Counted from the stretch's first letter, positions 28,541 through 39,747 are shown. The stretch is DNA of 64,000 nucleotides from Promethearchaeota archaeon (GCA_030599585.1 JAUVNS010000007.1:64001-128000), one strand, 5' to 3'. Made by a program: numbers and translations. Notes: generated by a model from the sequence alone, not told the origin.

Positions 28541-31500
28541 ATGATTAATAATATTAGGGCTCCTAAATTTGAGTGCCCATTTTGTAATAACTCGTTAGAA
28601 ACAAGATTTACTAAGTGCTTTAATGTTTATTGCCAAGGCCATAATTTTAGCACAGATAATTTAGTTACTTTTAGGTTAAACCCTGAGTTGGGCGTTGGGA
28701 GAATTGTAAAAAAAATAGAAATTCCCGCATCGAGGTCCTTAGATGACGACGATACTTATATCATAACAAAATACAAAGTTAAGTTTGAAAACAATAACGT
28801 AAAAGTAATTCATCCTCTTGATCTTATTCATTACATTTTTGAGGTTAATGATAGAATAGTTACGAAAAACAGAATCGGAACTATCAACTCCAACAATTTT
28901 CTAATAAAAGATGGTAAAATTTCCTATGAAACTTTGTTCGCTAATGGTAAAATCAATCAAATATACGAATCAGAAATAATTTCAAAATACGAAATTCCAA
29001 TAAGAAGGATAATTACTGCCCAAAGAATTGATCCTCCGAAGAATTTTCTCGTAAAATATTGGGCTAATCTTTTTTATTCGTATTATACTTCTTACCAAAT
29101 TAAATGTATTACAAATTCAAGACTTTCTTTAATGCCACATCAAATAAATGTAGCACATCGATTGTCCGAGGAATATTTTCCTCGCATAATTTTGGCTGAT
29201 GAAGTAGGGCTAGGAAAAACTATTGAAGCAGGTATTTATGTCAAAGAAATGATGGCAAGAAATCTTGCTGAAAGAATTCTAATAGTTGTTCCTGCTACAC
29301 TCGTAAAACAATGGCAATTTGAAATGCAAAATAAGTTCAATATTGATTTTACTATTTACGATGGGAAAAAAATAAAGGAGTTATCTCGTAAAGGAAGTAA
29401 TCTTAGTGAGAAAAAGTTACAAAATCCTTTCTATTACAACAATCTTATAATTTGTTCTTTACAATTTGCCAGAAATAGAAAATATATAAATTTTCTTTCC
29501 CAAATATCCTGGGATATCGTAATTTTCGACGAATCGCATCATTTAAGGCGATATTTAGTTAATGCAACAACTGGTAATTACCGAAAAACTTTAAATTATG
29601 AGTTAGCGAGAAATATAAGCTTGAATACTGAATCTCTTTTACTTTTATCGGCTACACCACTACAATTACATTCCTTTGAGTTATATTCCCTTATTGAGTT
29701 AATTCAAAGAGAAGCTTTTGATAACTTCTCAGATTTTGAACATTTTCGGAAAAACATGCCTTTTATAAATATGTTAATAGCTAACATTAATCAAATTGAT
29801 GAACTTAACAATTTCGAAGTAAAAAATACATTTAAACTTCTTAAAAACTTGAATCATGTAAATAAAAGTAAAAACTATGACGAGATATTAAATCAGTTAA
29901 AAGATAACACTTATAAATCAAATTTATTAAAAAAAATTGAAAAAGATCACACTCTCTCTCAATTTCTTATAAGGAATCGCAAGAAGAATGTATTTTCAGA
30001 AGAGTTTCTAAACGAGCGAGTGGTTAAAACAATTCTGGTTAACCCTACTGAGAAGGAATTAGAACTTTATAATGAAATTCGGCTTTATTTAGCCAAAATT
30101 TACAACACTTCAACAAATAAAGAGAATTTTGGTTTTGGATTTGTCATAACGACGCTGCAAAAATTACTAACAAGTTCTAAATTTGCGTTTTTAAAGAGTA
30201 TTGAAAGGAGAATAGATCAAATTGAGCGTCAGAAAAGTTTCTCTCTTGAAATGAATACCTTAAGAGATGAAGATCCCGAATATTACGAATTAGAATTGGA
30301 GGAAGAATACATTGACTCCGAGGTTACCTTCAATGGTGAAGCTGAGTCTATTAATAGAGCTAAAGAGGTTTCAATAAAATTTTTAGACCAAGAAAAGATT
30401 TTGAGAGAATTCTATAATAAATTGAACTCCTTACCTTATGATTCTAAATGCCAAAAACTTGTAGAATTGGTAGGAAAGATTTATTCACAGAATCCTAATG
30501 AAAAGATCTTGGTTTTCACTCAATTTGTTGATACTCTATTATATCTAAAAGAACTGTTGGGTAAACAAGAACAAGGATATTTTGTGGAAACATTCTATGG
30601 TGGCTTGGATAAAGTTGAAAAAGATGAAGCTGTTGAGAGATTTCGCTCGAATGAGAACTTTTCAATCCTCATCTTAACAGAAATTGGGGGCGAAGGTAGG
30701 AATTTTCAATTTGCCCGTGTTATGATTAATTACGATCTTCCCTGGAATCCAATGAAACTAGAACAAAGGATAGGAAGAATAGATAGAATCGGACAAAAGT
30801 CCAAAAAAGTATTTATTTATAATTTTTATCTTGAGGGAACCATTGAAACGGACATCATGTTTGCGTTAGATAAAAGAATTCACTTATTTGAAGAGTCAAT
30901 TGGCAAATTAGAACCAATTATTGGAAATATTGAAAAAGACATTAAAAACATCATTTTTGCTGAGGAAGAGGGGAAACGAAGAAAAAAAATGAATGAGTTT
31001 AATCGAAAATTAGATATTGAAGTTAAAAAAGCAAATGAGATGGAAATGCAGCTTGATGATTTGCTGATAGACAAAAAATCATTTAAAATGGACGACCTTG
31101 TTACCTCATTAGATGCGTGTAGAGATGTTAAATTAACTCATAACGAATTATACCTCTTAGTTAAAGATTTTTTTGAATTGAATGACAAAAAATATGGAAC
31201 ACTGAATATTATTGAGGAAGGAATTCATAAAAATACGGGGTTCCAAACAGAAATTAAACCTAACAACGATTTATTTTTCAACTACAGCGATTTTAAATTA
31301 CTAAAAAACTATAGCGGTACGTTTGATTTAGACTTAGCTAAAGAAAAAGAAGAAATAGATTTTTTTGCTCTGGGACATCCATTAATTAATGCGATATTAA
31401 ACTTCTGTAGATCAGATAAATTCATTGGCACTTTTACTCGATTATACCTGAAAAGAGAGATGTTACCTGAGCATGTTAAAAAAACCTTAGTATCTCAAAA

Positions 31501-32146
31501 CCAAATTTATTTATTTATCTTTGTCATTAAATTTCAAGGTTACATCTTAGAAAACCAGTATTCTGCTGTCGTTATTGATAAAAACGGCAGAGAGCAGGAG
31601 AATTTAGCCGATTTAATACTTGATATTAATGATTTTGAAAAATTGTATGATTTGAGAGATGAGAGTCTTCTTGAGAACAAAATAGACATAACTTTTATTG
31701 ATAATCTAAGAAAAAAAGCAAAATCAATTGTCAAATGGAAAACTTCCCAATGGAAAACCGAAATTAAAGCTTTAAACGATAAAATCTTCGAAATAGAACA
31801 AAGGAAGAAAGAAAAAATATTTGCTCATAATAAGAAACTGCTAACCATTAAACTTGAATCCTTAAAATTGAAATTAGAGAAAAAAGAAAGTAAAAAACCG
31901 ACCGAACGGCAACTATTAAATATTAAAAGCATAGATGACCACCAAAGAAGGCAAGAACGCCTAGATAATATAGATAAATTAAGAGAAGAAATTCGTTTTC
32001 TTGAAAAGGATATAGCAAAAGTTGATAAAAAGTTAGACGACTTAGCTTTTGATTATAACGACTTAAAAACTGACATGAACAAGAGGAATTTAGCTAAATT
32101 TTATACCAATTTAGATGCGTTTGCAATTATTCGATTTTCGGAGTAA
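28541..32146 (+). CDS. RapA/HepA-like SNF2-family ATPase
   Basis: LMPHQI, ILADEVGLGKTIEAG, VPATLVKQW, DESHH, LLLSATPLQ, EGRNFQFA and YDLPWNPMKLEQRIGRIDRIGQ. Confidence 0.9.
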   Translation: MINNIRAPKFECPFCNNSLETRFTKCFNVYCQGHNFSTDNLVTFRLNPELGVGRIVKKIEIPASRSLDDDDTYIITKYKVKFENNNVKVIHPLDLIHYIFEVNDRIVTKNRIGTINSNNFLIKDGKISYETLFANGKINQIYESEIISKYEIPIRRIITAQRIDPPKNFLVKYWANLFYSYYTSYQIKCITNSRLSLMPHQINVAHRLSEEYFPRIILADEVGLGKTIEAGIYVKEMMARNLAERILIVVPATLVKQWQFEMQNKFNIDFTIYDGKKIKELSRKGSNLSEKKLQNPFYYNNLIICSLQFARNRKYINFLSQISWDIVIFDESHHLRRYLVNATTGNYRKTLNYELARNISLNTESLLLLSATPLQLHSFELYSLIELIQREAFDNFSDFEHFRKNMPFINMLIANINQIDELNNFEVKNTFKLLKNLNHVNKSKNYDEILNQLKDNTYKSNLLKKIEKDHTLSQFLIRNRKKNVFSEEFLNERVVKTILVNPTEKELELYNEIRLYLAKIYNTSTNKENFGFGFVITTLQKLLTSSKFAFLKSIERRIDQIERQKSFSLEMNTLRDEDPEYYELELEEEYIDSEVTFNGEAESINRAKEVSIKFLDQEKILREFYNKLNSLPYDSKCQKLVELVGKIYSQNPNEKILVFTQFVDTLLYLKELLGKQEQGYFVETFYGGLDKVEKDEAVERFRSNENFSILILTEIGGEGRNFQFARVMINYDLPWNPMKLEQRIGRIDRIGQKSKKVFIYNFYLEGTIETDIMFALDKRIHLFEESIGKLEPIIGNIEKDIKNIIFAEEEGKRRKKMNEFNRKLDIEVKKANEMEMQLDDLLIDKKSFKMDDLVTSLDACRDVKLTHNELYLLVKDFFELNDKKYGTLNIIEEGIHKNTGFQTEIKPNNDLFFNYSDFKLLKNYSGTFDLDLAKEKEEIDFFALGHPLINAILNFCRSDKFIGTFTRLYLKREMLPEHVKKTLVSQNQIYLFIFVIKFQGYILENQYSAVVIDKNGREQENLADLILDINDFEKLYDLRDESLLENKIDITFIDNLRKKAKSIVKWKTSQWKTEIKALNDKIFEIEQRKKEKIFAHNKKLLTIKLESLKLKLEKKESKKPTERQLLNIKSIDDHQRRQERLDNIDKLREEIRFLEKDIAKVDKKLDDLAFDYNDLKTDMNKRNLAKFYTNLDAFAIIRFSE

Positions 32147-32251
32147 CTGAAACTAACTTTTCTGGCTTAACTCGATTATGAGACGAGCAAGAAATGTATT
32201 TAAATGAATTTCAATATTACTTACTATTGATAATTTCCCGCTCTAAAAATT

Positions 32252-33130
32252 ATGAAAATAAGTAGTCAATATATCAACACTCCTTTAAAGGATTATAATG
32301 TCCAGGTTGATTGGCGGAGCATTATGAATTACGCCGCCTCTATAAATGATGATAATCCAAATTATTTTAATGATGAGAGCGAAAATGGCATAATCGCCCA
32401 TCCTATGTTCCCTGTGGCGGTTACTTGGCCAATTATGGAAAATTTATCGAATTATATTAATTCAGAAAACTTTCCTATAAGAGTATTTGCAACGGTTGTC
32501 CACTATTACGAACACTTAAAAATTTATCGTTTAATTAAACCTAATGACGAGATTAAAATTAACGGTAAAATTATAGCTATTTTACCTCATAGAGCTGGAA
32601 CTCATGTTGCACTTCGACTAGATGCTACAGATAAAAACAATAATCTCATATTCACTGAATACAACGGTGGAATGTTAAGAGGCGTAAAATGCTTGGGAGG
32701 TGGTAAAGGAGAAGAATCACTTCCTACACGCACAATCCTTAAAAGCGACGATGAACCTGTTTGGAAGAAAAGTGTATATATTGATAAATTAAGATCTTTC
32801 TTGTATGATGGCTGTACTGACATAGTTTTCCCTATTCACACCTCTAAAAAATTTGCTCACTTTGTTGGGCTGCCAGATATTATCTTGCAAGGTACCGCAA
32901 CATTAGCTTTTGCTGTTAAAGAAATTATTAATATCGAATCAGAAGGAGACCCAAATAGAGTGCGAGAGATTGCGTGTAATTTCTCAGGCATGGTCTATCC
33001 TGATTCAAACATATCGATTCAGGTGAAAAAGAAGAAAGAAAGTGGAAGCAAGAAAGAAATCTTCTTTGAGGTTTATAATCATGAAAATCAAAAAGCGATA
33101 AGGAACGGTTATATCTTATTAAAGAAATGA
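32252..33130 (+). CDS. Double hot-dog MaoC-type (R)-enoyl-CoA hydratase-like protein
   Basis: Two hot-dog halves and the hydratase-2-like motif Y...D..PIH....A...GLP..ILQG. Confidence 0.8.
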   Translation: MKISSQYINTPLKDYNVQVDWRSIMNYAASINDDNPNYFNDESENGIIAHPMFPVAVTWPIMENLSNYINSENFPIRVFATVVHYYEHLKIYRLIKPNDEIKINGKIIAILPHRAGTHVALRLDATDKNNNLIFTEYNGGMLRGVKCLGGGKGEESLPTRTILKSDDEPVWKKSVYIDKLRSFLYDGCTDIVFPIHTSKKFAHFVGLPDIILQGTATLAFAVKEIINIESEGDPNRVREIACNFSGMVYPDSNISIQVKKKKESGSKKEIFFEVYNHENQKAIRNGYILLKK

Positions 33131-33182
33131 ATATTACTGATACAAATCAATGCCATAATTAATTTGAAATTAAAAGGATATC

Positions 33183-34415
33183 ATGAAATCTTTTTCCTTA
33201 TTAATCAAACCCGCCTCAGCTGATTGTAATCTAAGATGTAAATATTGTTTTTATATAGATCATCTTGAAAATGGAGACAATAATCCTCGAATGACTGTTG
33301 AGACATTAGAAATCATGATAAAAAGCTATATGAGTACGGATCAGAACAAACAATACGCTTTTGGTTGGCAAGGTGGAGAACCTACTTTGATGGGTCCAGA
33401 TTTCTTTAAGAAAGTTGTCGAATTCCAACTGAAATACGCTCCACCAGGTTCTTCAATTAGTAATGGAATTCAAACTAACGCAACAATGATTACAGAAGAG
33501 TTAGCCAAGTTTTTTGGAGAATACAAATTTCTCCTTGGTGTAAGCTTGGATGGACCAGAATATCTTCATGACTACTACAGGAAAACCATTGGCCAGAAGC
33601 CTAGTCATGCGCTAGTGATGCGTGGTATAGAGCGTCTCAAGCAAAATGGTGTTGAATTTAATATTTTAACTTTAATTAACAATCAGACAGTAAAAAAAGC
33701 TAAAGAAATTTATCGTTACTTTTGCGATAATGGTTATTATTTCCATCAATATATCCCCTGTGTCGAATTTGATGAAAATGGTAGTCTTAGACCATTTTCT
33801 ATCACCGGAGAAGAGTGGGGGGTGTTTCTATCCGATCTATTCGATGAGTGGATAAAGGAGGATGTAAATAAGGTTTCTATCCGTTTGTTTGACTCTATTA
33901 TGGAATATCTAATTTATGGGAGATACAATGTTTGTTATATGCAAGATAACTGTGTTCAATATTTTGTGGTAGAATATGATGGTGGGGTTTATCCATGTGA
34001 TTTCTTTGTCAAGAACAATCTATTATTAGGAAATATTAATAATAACTCATGGGAAGAACTTTATAATTCTCGAACCTATCACAATTTTGGAAATCAAAAA
34101 TCAAAGTGGAATGATGAGTGTAATTTATGCCCGTATCTTAATTTATGTCATGGAGATTGCCAAAAATTTCGCTATGGAGCACCAAAGCATTCTAAGCAAT
34201 TAAGTAATCTATGTCAAGGGTGGAAAATTTTTTACACAAGAACGCTTCCTCGTTTTAAAATTATTGCTGATAAGTTTAAGAAAGAAAATAATATCAAAGG
34301 TGCCTACCCATTTAAATTCCCCAAATTTGGGAGAAATGAATTATGTCCTTGTGGCAGTAGTAGAAAATTTAAAAATTGTTGTGGTAATTACTCAGAAGTC
34401 ATTAAAATTAAATAG
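33183..34415 (+). CDS. Anaerobic sulfatase-maturase-like radical SAM/SPASM protein with C-terminal SEC-C motif
   Basis: IKPASADCNLRCKYCFY, WQGGEPTL, SPASM cysteines (VYPCD...CNLC...CHGDC) and GRNELCPCGSSRKFKNCC. Confidence 0.88.
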   Translation: MKSFSLLIKPASADCNLRCKYCFYIDHLENGDNNPRMTVETLEIMIKSYMSTDQNKQYAFGWQGGEPTLMGPDFFKKVVEFQLKYAPPGSSISNGIQTNATMITEELAKFFGEYKFLLGVSLDGPEYLHDYYRKTIGQKPSHALVMRGIERLKQNGVEFNILTLINNQTVKKAKEIYRYFCDNGYYFHQYIPCVEFDENGSLRPFSITGEEWGVFLSDLFDEWIKEDVNKVSIRLFDSIMEYLIYGRYNVCYMQDNCVQYFVVEYDGGVYPCDFFVKNNLLLGNINNNSWEELYNSRTYHNFGNQKSKWNDECNLCPYLNLCHGDCQKFRYGAPKHSKQLSNLCQGWKIFYTRTLPRFKIIADKFKKENNIKGAYPFKFPKFGRNELCPCGSSRKFKNCCGNYSEVIKIK

Positions 34416-34516
34416 TGAATTTTATATTTTCGTTCTAATAACATAAATTAAGGTCTTAACGCAAACTATTTCTGTTATATATCTTTCAGATACCAAATAT
34501 CAAATTAATCATTATA

Positions 34517-35941
34517 GTGAGTACAATCACAACTCCCCGAGAACTGCATGGAAAACGATTATTTGGATATTCTCTTGGAGATTTAGGATTTACTCTTCCT
34601 AATATGTTTACAGAAGTATTTATTTTTCAATACTATGTCTATACTATTAATCTAAATGCACTTTTGGTATCAATTGGAGTCACAGTTCAACTAATCCTCG
34701 GTGCTATCGCTTCCATTATTTTTGGAGTTATTGTAGATAACAAAAAGCCTGGAAAATTAGGAAAAAGACGCCCATTTTTGTTAATCGGCTTACCTGTGTG
34801 GACTATTACAACGATTATGATATGGTTTCCGCCACTTTGCCCCCAGGATAATTCCTTATTCGCCCCTACGGCTATTTTTTTCTGGGGAGTAACTATGATT
34901 CGGACAATCTTTCGAGCACTTATATTCAATGTCCATGCTTCTATGCTCCCTGAACAATCACAAACGCTAAAGAATCGAGAAAAGGTTGCCTCAATGCGAT
35001 CTGCTTTTTCTATTATCGCCTCAATCTTTGCTATGCTCCTTCCTTTAAGCATTCATAGTTTATTAAGTGATCCTACAAATGTCAAATGGTGGGATCCATC
35101 TGGAAAAATCATGTTGTTGTATATTCCTTTAATAGGAATAATCTTTACCGTTTTTGGATTAATTACTGTAATTATAATTTTTATTTCAGTAGATGAAAGC
35201 TTCCATAGTAGAAACTCTAATTTAAACTACGAGAAAACTAAGATTACGGATGCATTTAAACGTATGGGAATTCCTGCAAAAGATAAAAATTTCCTTAAAT
35301 TGATGGTAGCAGGGTTTTTTATAGGTGTTTGCGGAAAAACTGTAGCAGTGTTAGTATTTCCTTTTCAGACTTATTTGATGGAATTTCAATCATCAGAGTT
35401 TTTCATTTATATTCTTATATCCATTTTTGGGAAATTCATATGGTTTTTTGTATGGAAAAGAATTCTTAAAAGAAACCACATCGTTAATTCCTACTCGATT
35501 TGTATTTTGTTAGCTGTCATAGCTTCCTTTTTGGACATATTTTTCTTACTTAATGAGCTTCAATTTGGTATAAAATTGATATTGTATATTGTAACATGGA
35601 GTACAGTTCTTGGGTCCATGTACGCCTATCCTCTGTTTTCGATTCCGATAATGGCTTCACTTGTTCATGAAGCGGCTGGAAATGATAAATCTTCTAACAT
35701 CGATGAGGGAATGGCTAAAATTTCGGGATCTTATTATGGTTTAGAATCATTCGTCCGATCAATGGGTCCTGCTTTTGCTTCTTTGTTTGTAGGAAGCATT
35801 CTTTCTGGTCCGAACGAAGAAAATCCTTATGTACTTATTATTATCTTCTTCTCTCTGGGTGTTTTTTATCTGATCGCATTTGTTTTTGTAAGAAGAATAA
35901 CACTTTCCAAAGAGTTCTATCATAATCAGCAAATCATGTAA
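34517..35941 (+). CDS. MFS transporter, GPH (glycoside-pentoside-hexuronide) family
   Basis: About 12 TM helices, G.IVD......GKRRPFLL and SMLPE.......R.KV.S.R. Confidence 0.85.
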   Translation: MSTITTPRELHGKRLFGYSLGDLGFTLPNMFTEVFIFQYYVYTINLNALLVSIGVTVQLILGAIASIIFGVIVDNKKPGKLGKRRPFLLIGLPVWTITTIMIWFPPLCPQDNSLFAPTAIFFWGVTMIRTIFRALIFNVHASMLPEQSQTLKNREKVASMRSAFSIIASIFAMLLPLSIHSLLSDPTNVKWWDPSGKIMLLYIPLIGIIFTVFGLITVIIIFISVDESFHSRNSNLNYEKTKITDAFKRMGIPAKDKNFLKLMVAGFFIGVCGKTVAVLVFPFQTYLMEFQSSEFFIYILISIFGKFIWFFVWKRILKRNHIVNSYSICILLAVIASFLDIFFLLNELQFGIKLILYIVTWSTVLGSMYAYPLFSIPIMASLVHEAAGNDKSSNIDEGMAKISGSYYGLESFVRSMGPAFASLFVGSILSGPNEENPYVLIIIFFSLGVFYLIAFVFVRRITLSKEFYHNQQIM

Positions 35942-36075
35942 AAAGATAGGTTCATAAGAACAACTTTAAAGAGTTTTTTTACTTCTTTTTTCAGTTTGGA
36001 AAATAGATTTATATATTTCAAAATTAAATATATTCACATTAAAACTAATTCAATTATTAAAAAAGGCTATTAAAA

Positions 36076-37836
36076 ATGGCAGTACCTAATTGGAATATTG
36101 ATGATAGTAAACCTTGGTTTAAGAAATACCAAGATGGTGTCCCAAAGCATCCTGAATTTCCGGTTATTAGTTTAGGGGACTGGTTTGATCAAAAAACTGA
36201 AGAATTTGCTAAGAATAAAGCAATATATTTCTCAAAAACATTTATGAATTATAGAGTATTGCGAAAATATACGGATTCTCTCGCTACCTCTTTATCACGT
36301 CAAGGAATAAAAAAAGGGGATGTTGTAGCGATCCTACTTCCAAATTGTTTCCAATTTACAATAGGGTATTTTGCGACTGTTAAATTAGGAGGAATAGTAA
36401 TCCCAATTAATCCTACATATAAACCGCTGGAAATTCTTCATGTACTACAGCAAGTGAAACCCAAAGGATTGATTTGTATGGATGTAATGTATGGCTTGAT
36501 TAAACCTATACAAGAAAAATATAAGTTTGACTTCGTGATTTCGACTTGTATAGTTGATTTAGCTGCGATACCTCCTGCCATTAAAGAACAATTAATTGCA
36601 GACGGAACAATTCCTAAAGGAGAAGTTCCTGGAGCTCTAAACTTTTTAGATGTATGTCAAAAACGGGGTGAAGTTGACATTCCGGAAGTAGATATTGATC
36701 CATTAAATGATCCGGCTGTTTACTTAATGACTGGAGGAACTACAGGAGTTCCCAAACCTGCAATTATCACTCACTACAACGCTGTAACTAATGCGAAGCA
36801 AAATGTTATGTGGATGCCTGATGCTACTCACCCAATAGCATGTGTCGGTATCATACCAATGTTCCATGCTTTTGGAATGACGATTGTTCAAAATGTTGTA
36901 ATAGAAGGAGGAGACTTTAACATACTTTACGCAAAAAGAGAACTTGACTTAAAAGAAGTTGTAGATATGATTATAGAGGTTGGTCCTGAAGGGGGCGTTA
37001 TTCTTCCAGGAGTTGAAAATCTTTTTATTGGTCTAACTCGATACTTAAAAGCAAATCCCGAGCCTAAATTGGAAAAAATGTTTCGTTTGTGTGTTAGTGG
37101 TGCGGGACCGCTTCATAAACCCGTGAAGGATGCATTCGAAGCAGTTAGTAATGGACACCTTGTTGAGGCTTATGGACTTACGGAATGCACAACTGCGGTA
37201 AGTATTGGTCCATTCAACGGAACAGATACCCCAGGCACCATTGGTTTACCATTACCGGGTGTTGAATGGGCTATATTCGATTCAGAGGATTTCAGTAAGG
37301 GACAATTAAAAGGTTATGGAATAGACTTTACTGGAGAAATCTGTGTATGCGGTCCACAAGTAATGAAAGGTTATTTAAATAGACCTGAAGCCACAGCAGA
37401 AACCTTAAAGGAGTATGAAGGGCGAATTTGGTGCTTAACCGGAGACATTGGATACATGGACGAACACGGACAAATGGTTATTCGAGATAGAAAGAAACAG
37501 ATGATAAAATACAAAGGTTATTCCGTTTTTCCAAAGGAGGTAGAAGATTTGTTAGGATCACACCCTGCTGTATTGGAAGTAGCAGTTTCTGGGTTACCTG
37601 ATGTTGAATCGGGAGAACTAGTAAAAGCATGGGTCCAGCTAGAAGACGAAGCAGTGGGTAAAGTTACTTCTGAAGAGTTACTTGCTTGGAGTAAAGAAAA
37701 TATTACGCATTATAAGTGCCCTAAACAAATTGAAATTATCGACGAAATTCCAAAATCTATGGTTGGAAAAGTTCAGAGAAGAGTCTTACAAATTAACGAT
37801 CCTATCTGGAAAGAGAAATACGGAGAAACTCAATAA
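36076..37836 (+). CDS. Long-chain fatty acid--CoA ligase
   Basis: AMP-binding MTGGTTGVPK, EAYGLTE, TGDIG, RKKQMI..G.SVFP.EVE and PKSMVGKV. Confidence 0.9.
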   Translation: MAVPNWNIDDSKPWFKKYQDGVPKHPEFPVISLGDWFDQKTEEFAKNKAIYFSKTFMNYRVLRKYTDSLATSLSRQGIKKGDVVAILLPNCFQFTIGYFATVKLGGIVIPINPTYKPLEILHVLQQVKPKGLICMDVMYGLIKPIQEKYKFDFVISTCIVDLAAIPPAIKEQLIADGTIPKGEVPGALNFLDVCQKRGEVDIPEVDIDPLNDPAVYLMTGGTTGVPKPAIITHYNAVTNAKQNVMWMPDATHPIACVGIIPMFHAFGMTIVQNVVIEGGDFNILYAKRELDLKEVVDMIIEVGPEGGVILPGVENLFIGLTRYLKANPEPKLEKMFRLCVSGAGPLHKPVKDAFEAVSNGHLVEAYGLTECTTAVSIGPFNGTDTPGTIGLPLPGVEWAIFDSEDFSKGQLKGYGIDFTGEICVCGPQVMKGYLNRPEATAETLKEYEGRIWCLTGDIGYMDEHGQMVIRDRKKQMIKYKGYSVFPKEVEDLLGSHPAVLEVAVSGLPDVESGELVKAWVQLEDEAVGKVTSEELLAWSKENITHYKCPKQIEIIDEIPKSMVGKVQRRVLQINDPIWKEKYGETQ

Positions 37837-37892
37837 ACTTCATTTAATTTTTTATTATTATTACTTATATTTTTTAATCCTAAATGTATAAA

Positions 37893-38336
37893 TTATTCTT
37901 TAAGAGTGTAAATTGTGTCACAATGTATATCTCCTGCTGCAACAGTTTTAAGAATCTTGAGTTCGATCTTATCGCTAACCGCTTTGCGAAAATACTCGAG
38001 ATCAATTGCCATCACGGCTTCACATAACGCCCTAGATGTATTTTCAAGCCCAAAAGGGCACATGGTACCTTGAATGTGAAAACATTCATCTGAAATTGAA
38101 ATAATCTTAACAAAATTAGGATCAAAGCTTTTTGAAAAAGCCTGTGCTACTGTTTTTAATTTATTATCTGATACTTTTTTCATTATTTTTAAACCTAAAG
38201 CACGACCTTGTTTTCCACAAACATTTTCTATAACATGTAGCGCTTCCTTTCCGAATTTTTTATAAAATTCTATCATCAATAGACCTTGAGCTTCCATCGG
38301 ATTATTTGGTAACTTTTCTGAATTTTTCTGAACCAT
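37893..38336 (-). CDS. ATC-hydrolase-like / V4R-like small Cys-containing protein
   Basis: CPFG...LCEAVMAID...TVAAGDIHC pattern. Confidence 0.6.
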   Translation of the reverse strand: MVQKNSEKLPNNPMEAQGLLMIEFYKKFGKEALHVIENVCGKQGRALGLKIMKKVSDNKLKTVAQAFSKSFDPNFVKIISISDECFHIQGTMCPFGLENTSRALCEAVMAIDLEYFRKAVSDKIELKILKTVAAGDIHCDTIYTLKE

Positions 38337-38371
38337 TCTCTTATCAACCTTAGTAATTATACTTAAAGCTT

Positions 38372-39184
38372 CTATTGTTTAATAAAATTGTATTTTCTTC
38401 CATAATTTTTAAAGAATTTCGTTCCGCCACCCTCCTGCAGAACTCTAATTGTTGATTCAGAATCGATAATATTCATACCTCCAACGATATCCACTCCTTT
38501 ATCAAATAAAACATCCGGTAGAAAGCTGATGCTTGGTCCGATTAAAACAATTAATTTCGCTTCTTTTTTAAACACAGACAATATCCTCTCAAGCGTATTA
38601 TTGATTAGTGATGTTCCCGTGCAAAATAGAATATCTACTGATAAATCGCTTTCTTTTAAATCTTCGATATCATTTAATATTGGGATATTTTGATAAAATT
38701 TCTTAATCAAAGGATTGTTGTCAATTATGCTAATCATTTTTGTTCTGTTCAAAATCTTTTTTATCACAGGTTTCATGAAACCAATGAAGATTATTTTTGA
38801 ATCTTGCTTTATTTTTAAAAATTCTAATAAATCTCCCTCAACCTTTTTATATGGGGTTTTTACTGCTAAAATATGTTGAGATGCCGCATTTAAAGTTGCG
38901 ATACCGATAATTTTTTCTAAACTGGGAGGTTTATATGACCAACTCATTAACTCCTTAAAAGGCTTATCAGTTAAACTTCCTGCAAAATCAATTTTGGTAC
39001 AATTGGTTGATCGTATAATGTTGGGTAGTGTAGAGGCTAATCCTAAAAAGGGATCGTAAGCTAATGCTTCTAATTCAACGCCCGTATATCCCAACCCAAT
39101 AACTACTTTACTGACTCTTGGTGGTATGATTTTATGATATTTGTAGATATCTAGAACAAGTTTAACGGTGTTTTCTAAGATCAC
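38372..39184 (-). CDS. DUF364/DUF4213 family protein
   Basis: VIGLGYTGV, IGIATLNA.SQ, TGTSLINNT and GPS.S..P..LF..GV...GG. Confidence 0.75.
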   Translation of the reverse strand: MILENTVKLVLDIYKYHKIIPPRVSKVVIGLGYTGVELEALAYDPFLGLASTLPNIIRSTNCTKIDFAGSLTDKPFKELMSWSYKPPSLEKIIGIATLNAASQHILAVKTPYKKVEGDLLEFLKIKQDSKIIFIGFMKPVIKKILNRTKMISIIDNNPLIKKFYQNIPILNDIEDLKESDLSVDILFCTGTSLINNTLERILSVFKKEAKLIVLIGPSISFLPDVLFDKGVDIVGGMNIIDSESTIRVLQEGGGTKFFKNYGRKYNFIKQ

Positions 39185-39315
39185 AAAATTTCAACCTTAT
39201 ATTCCCTTAATATCTTCCTTTTATTATGGTTAATAATCTTATTGTTTATTAAAACTCTGTTTAAATATGATAGGTAATTATCTAATGTAATATTCCTTTT
39301 TTTAGTGATTACTTT

Positions 39316-39693
39316 ATGGATTACATTGTTATTGAAAATGAGAAAATTGGCCAAATTAAAGCTAAATTACTGGTTGATAAAAATCCTGAAACCTGTAAGG
39401 CAATTTGGGAAAACCTCCCTTTTGAATTGAATTTGTCTAGATGGGGTGAAGAATTATATGGAGAAATCCCCGTCTCAATCGATGAGGAAAATTCACAGGT
39501 TGATTGCGAAGTAGGTGATATTGGATACTGGCCCGATGGAAAAGGGTTTTGTATTTTCTTTGGCCCTACTCCCGCGAGTAAGGACGGCAAACCAAAGGCG
39601 GCATCTCCAGTGAATATCTTTGCCAAAATTGAAGGAGACGCTAAGATATTCAATCAATTTTCTTCATTCAATGGAAATGTATCTAAAGGATAA
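39316..39693 (+). CDS. Cyclophilin-like fold protein (TM1367/DUF369-like)
   Basis: P.TC.AIW..LP, WGEELY and VGDIGYWP.G..FCIFFGPTP.S.....AASPVN. Confidence 0.8.
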   Translation: MDYIVIENEKIGQIKAKLLVDKNPETCKAIWENLPFELNLSRWGEELYGEIPVSIDEENSQVDCEVGDIGYWPDGKGFCIFFGPTPASKDGKPKAASPVNIFAKIEGDAKIFNQFSSFNGNVSKG

Positions 39694-39747
39694 TAGATAA
39701 TTACTCTAAATTCAATAAATAACAAATTAATAATAAAGTGAAGACCT

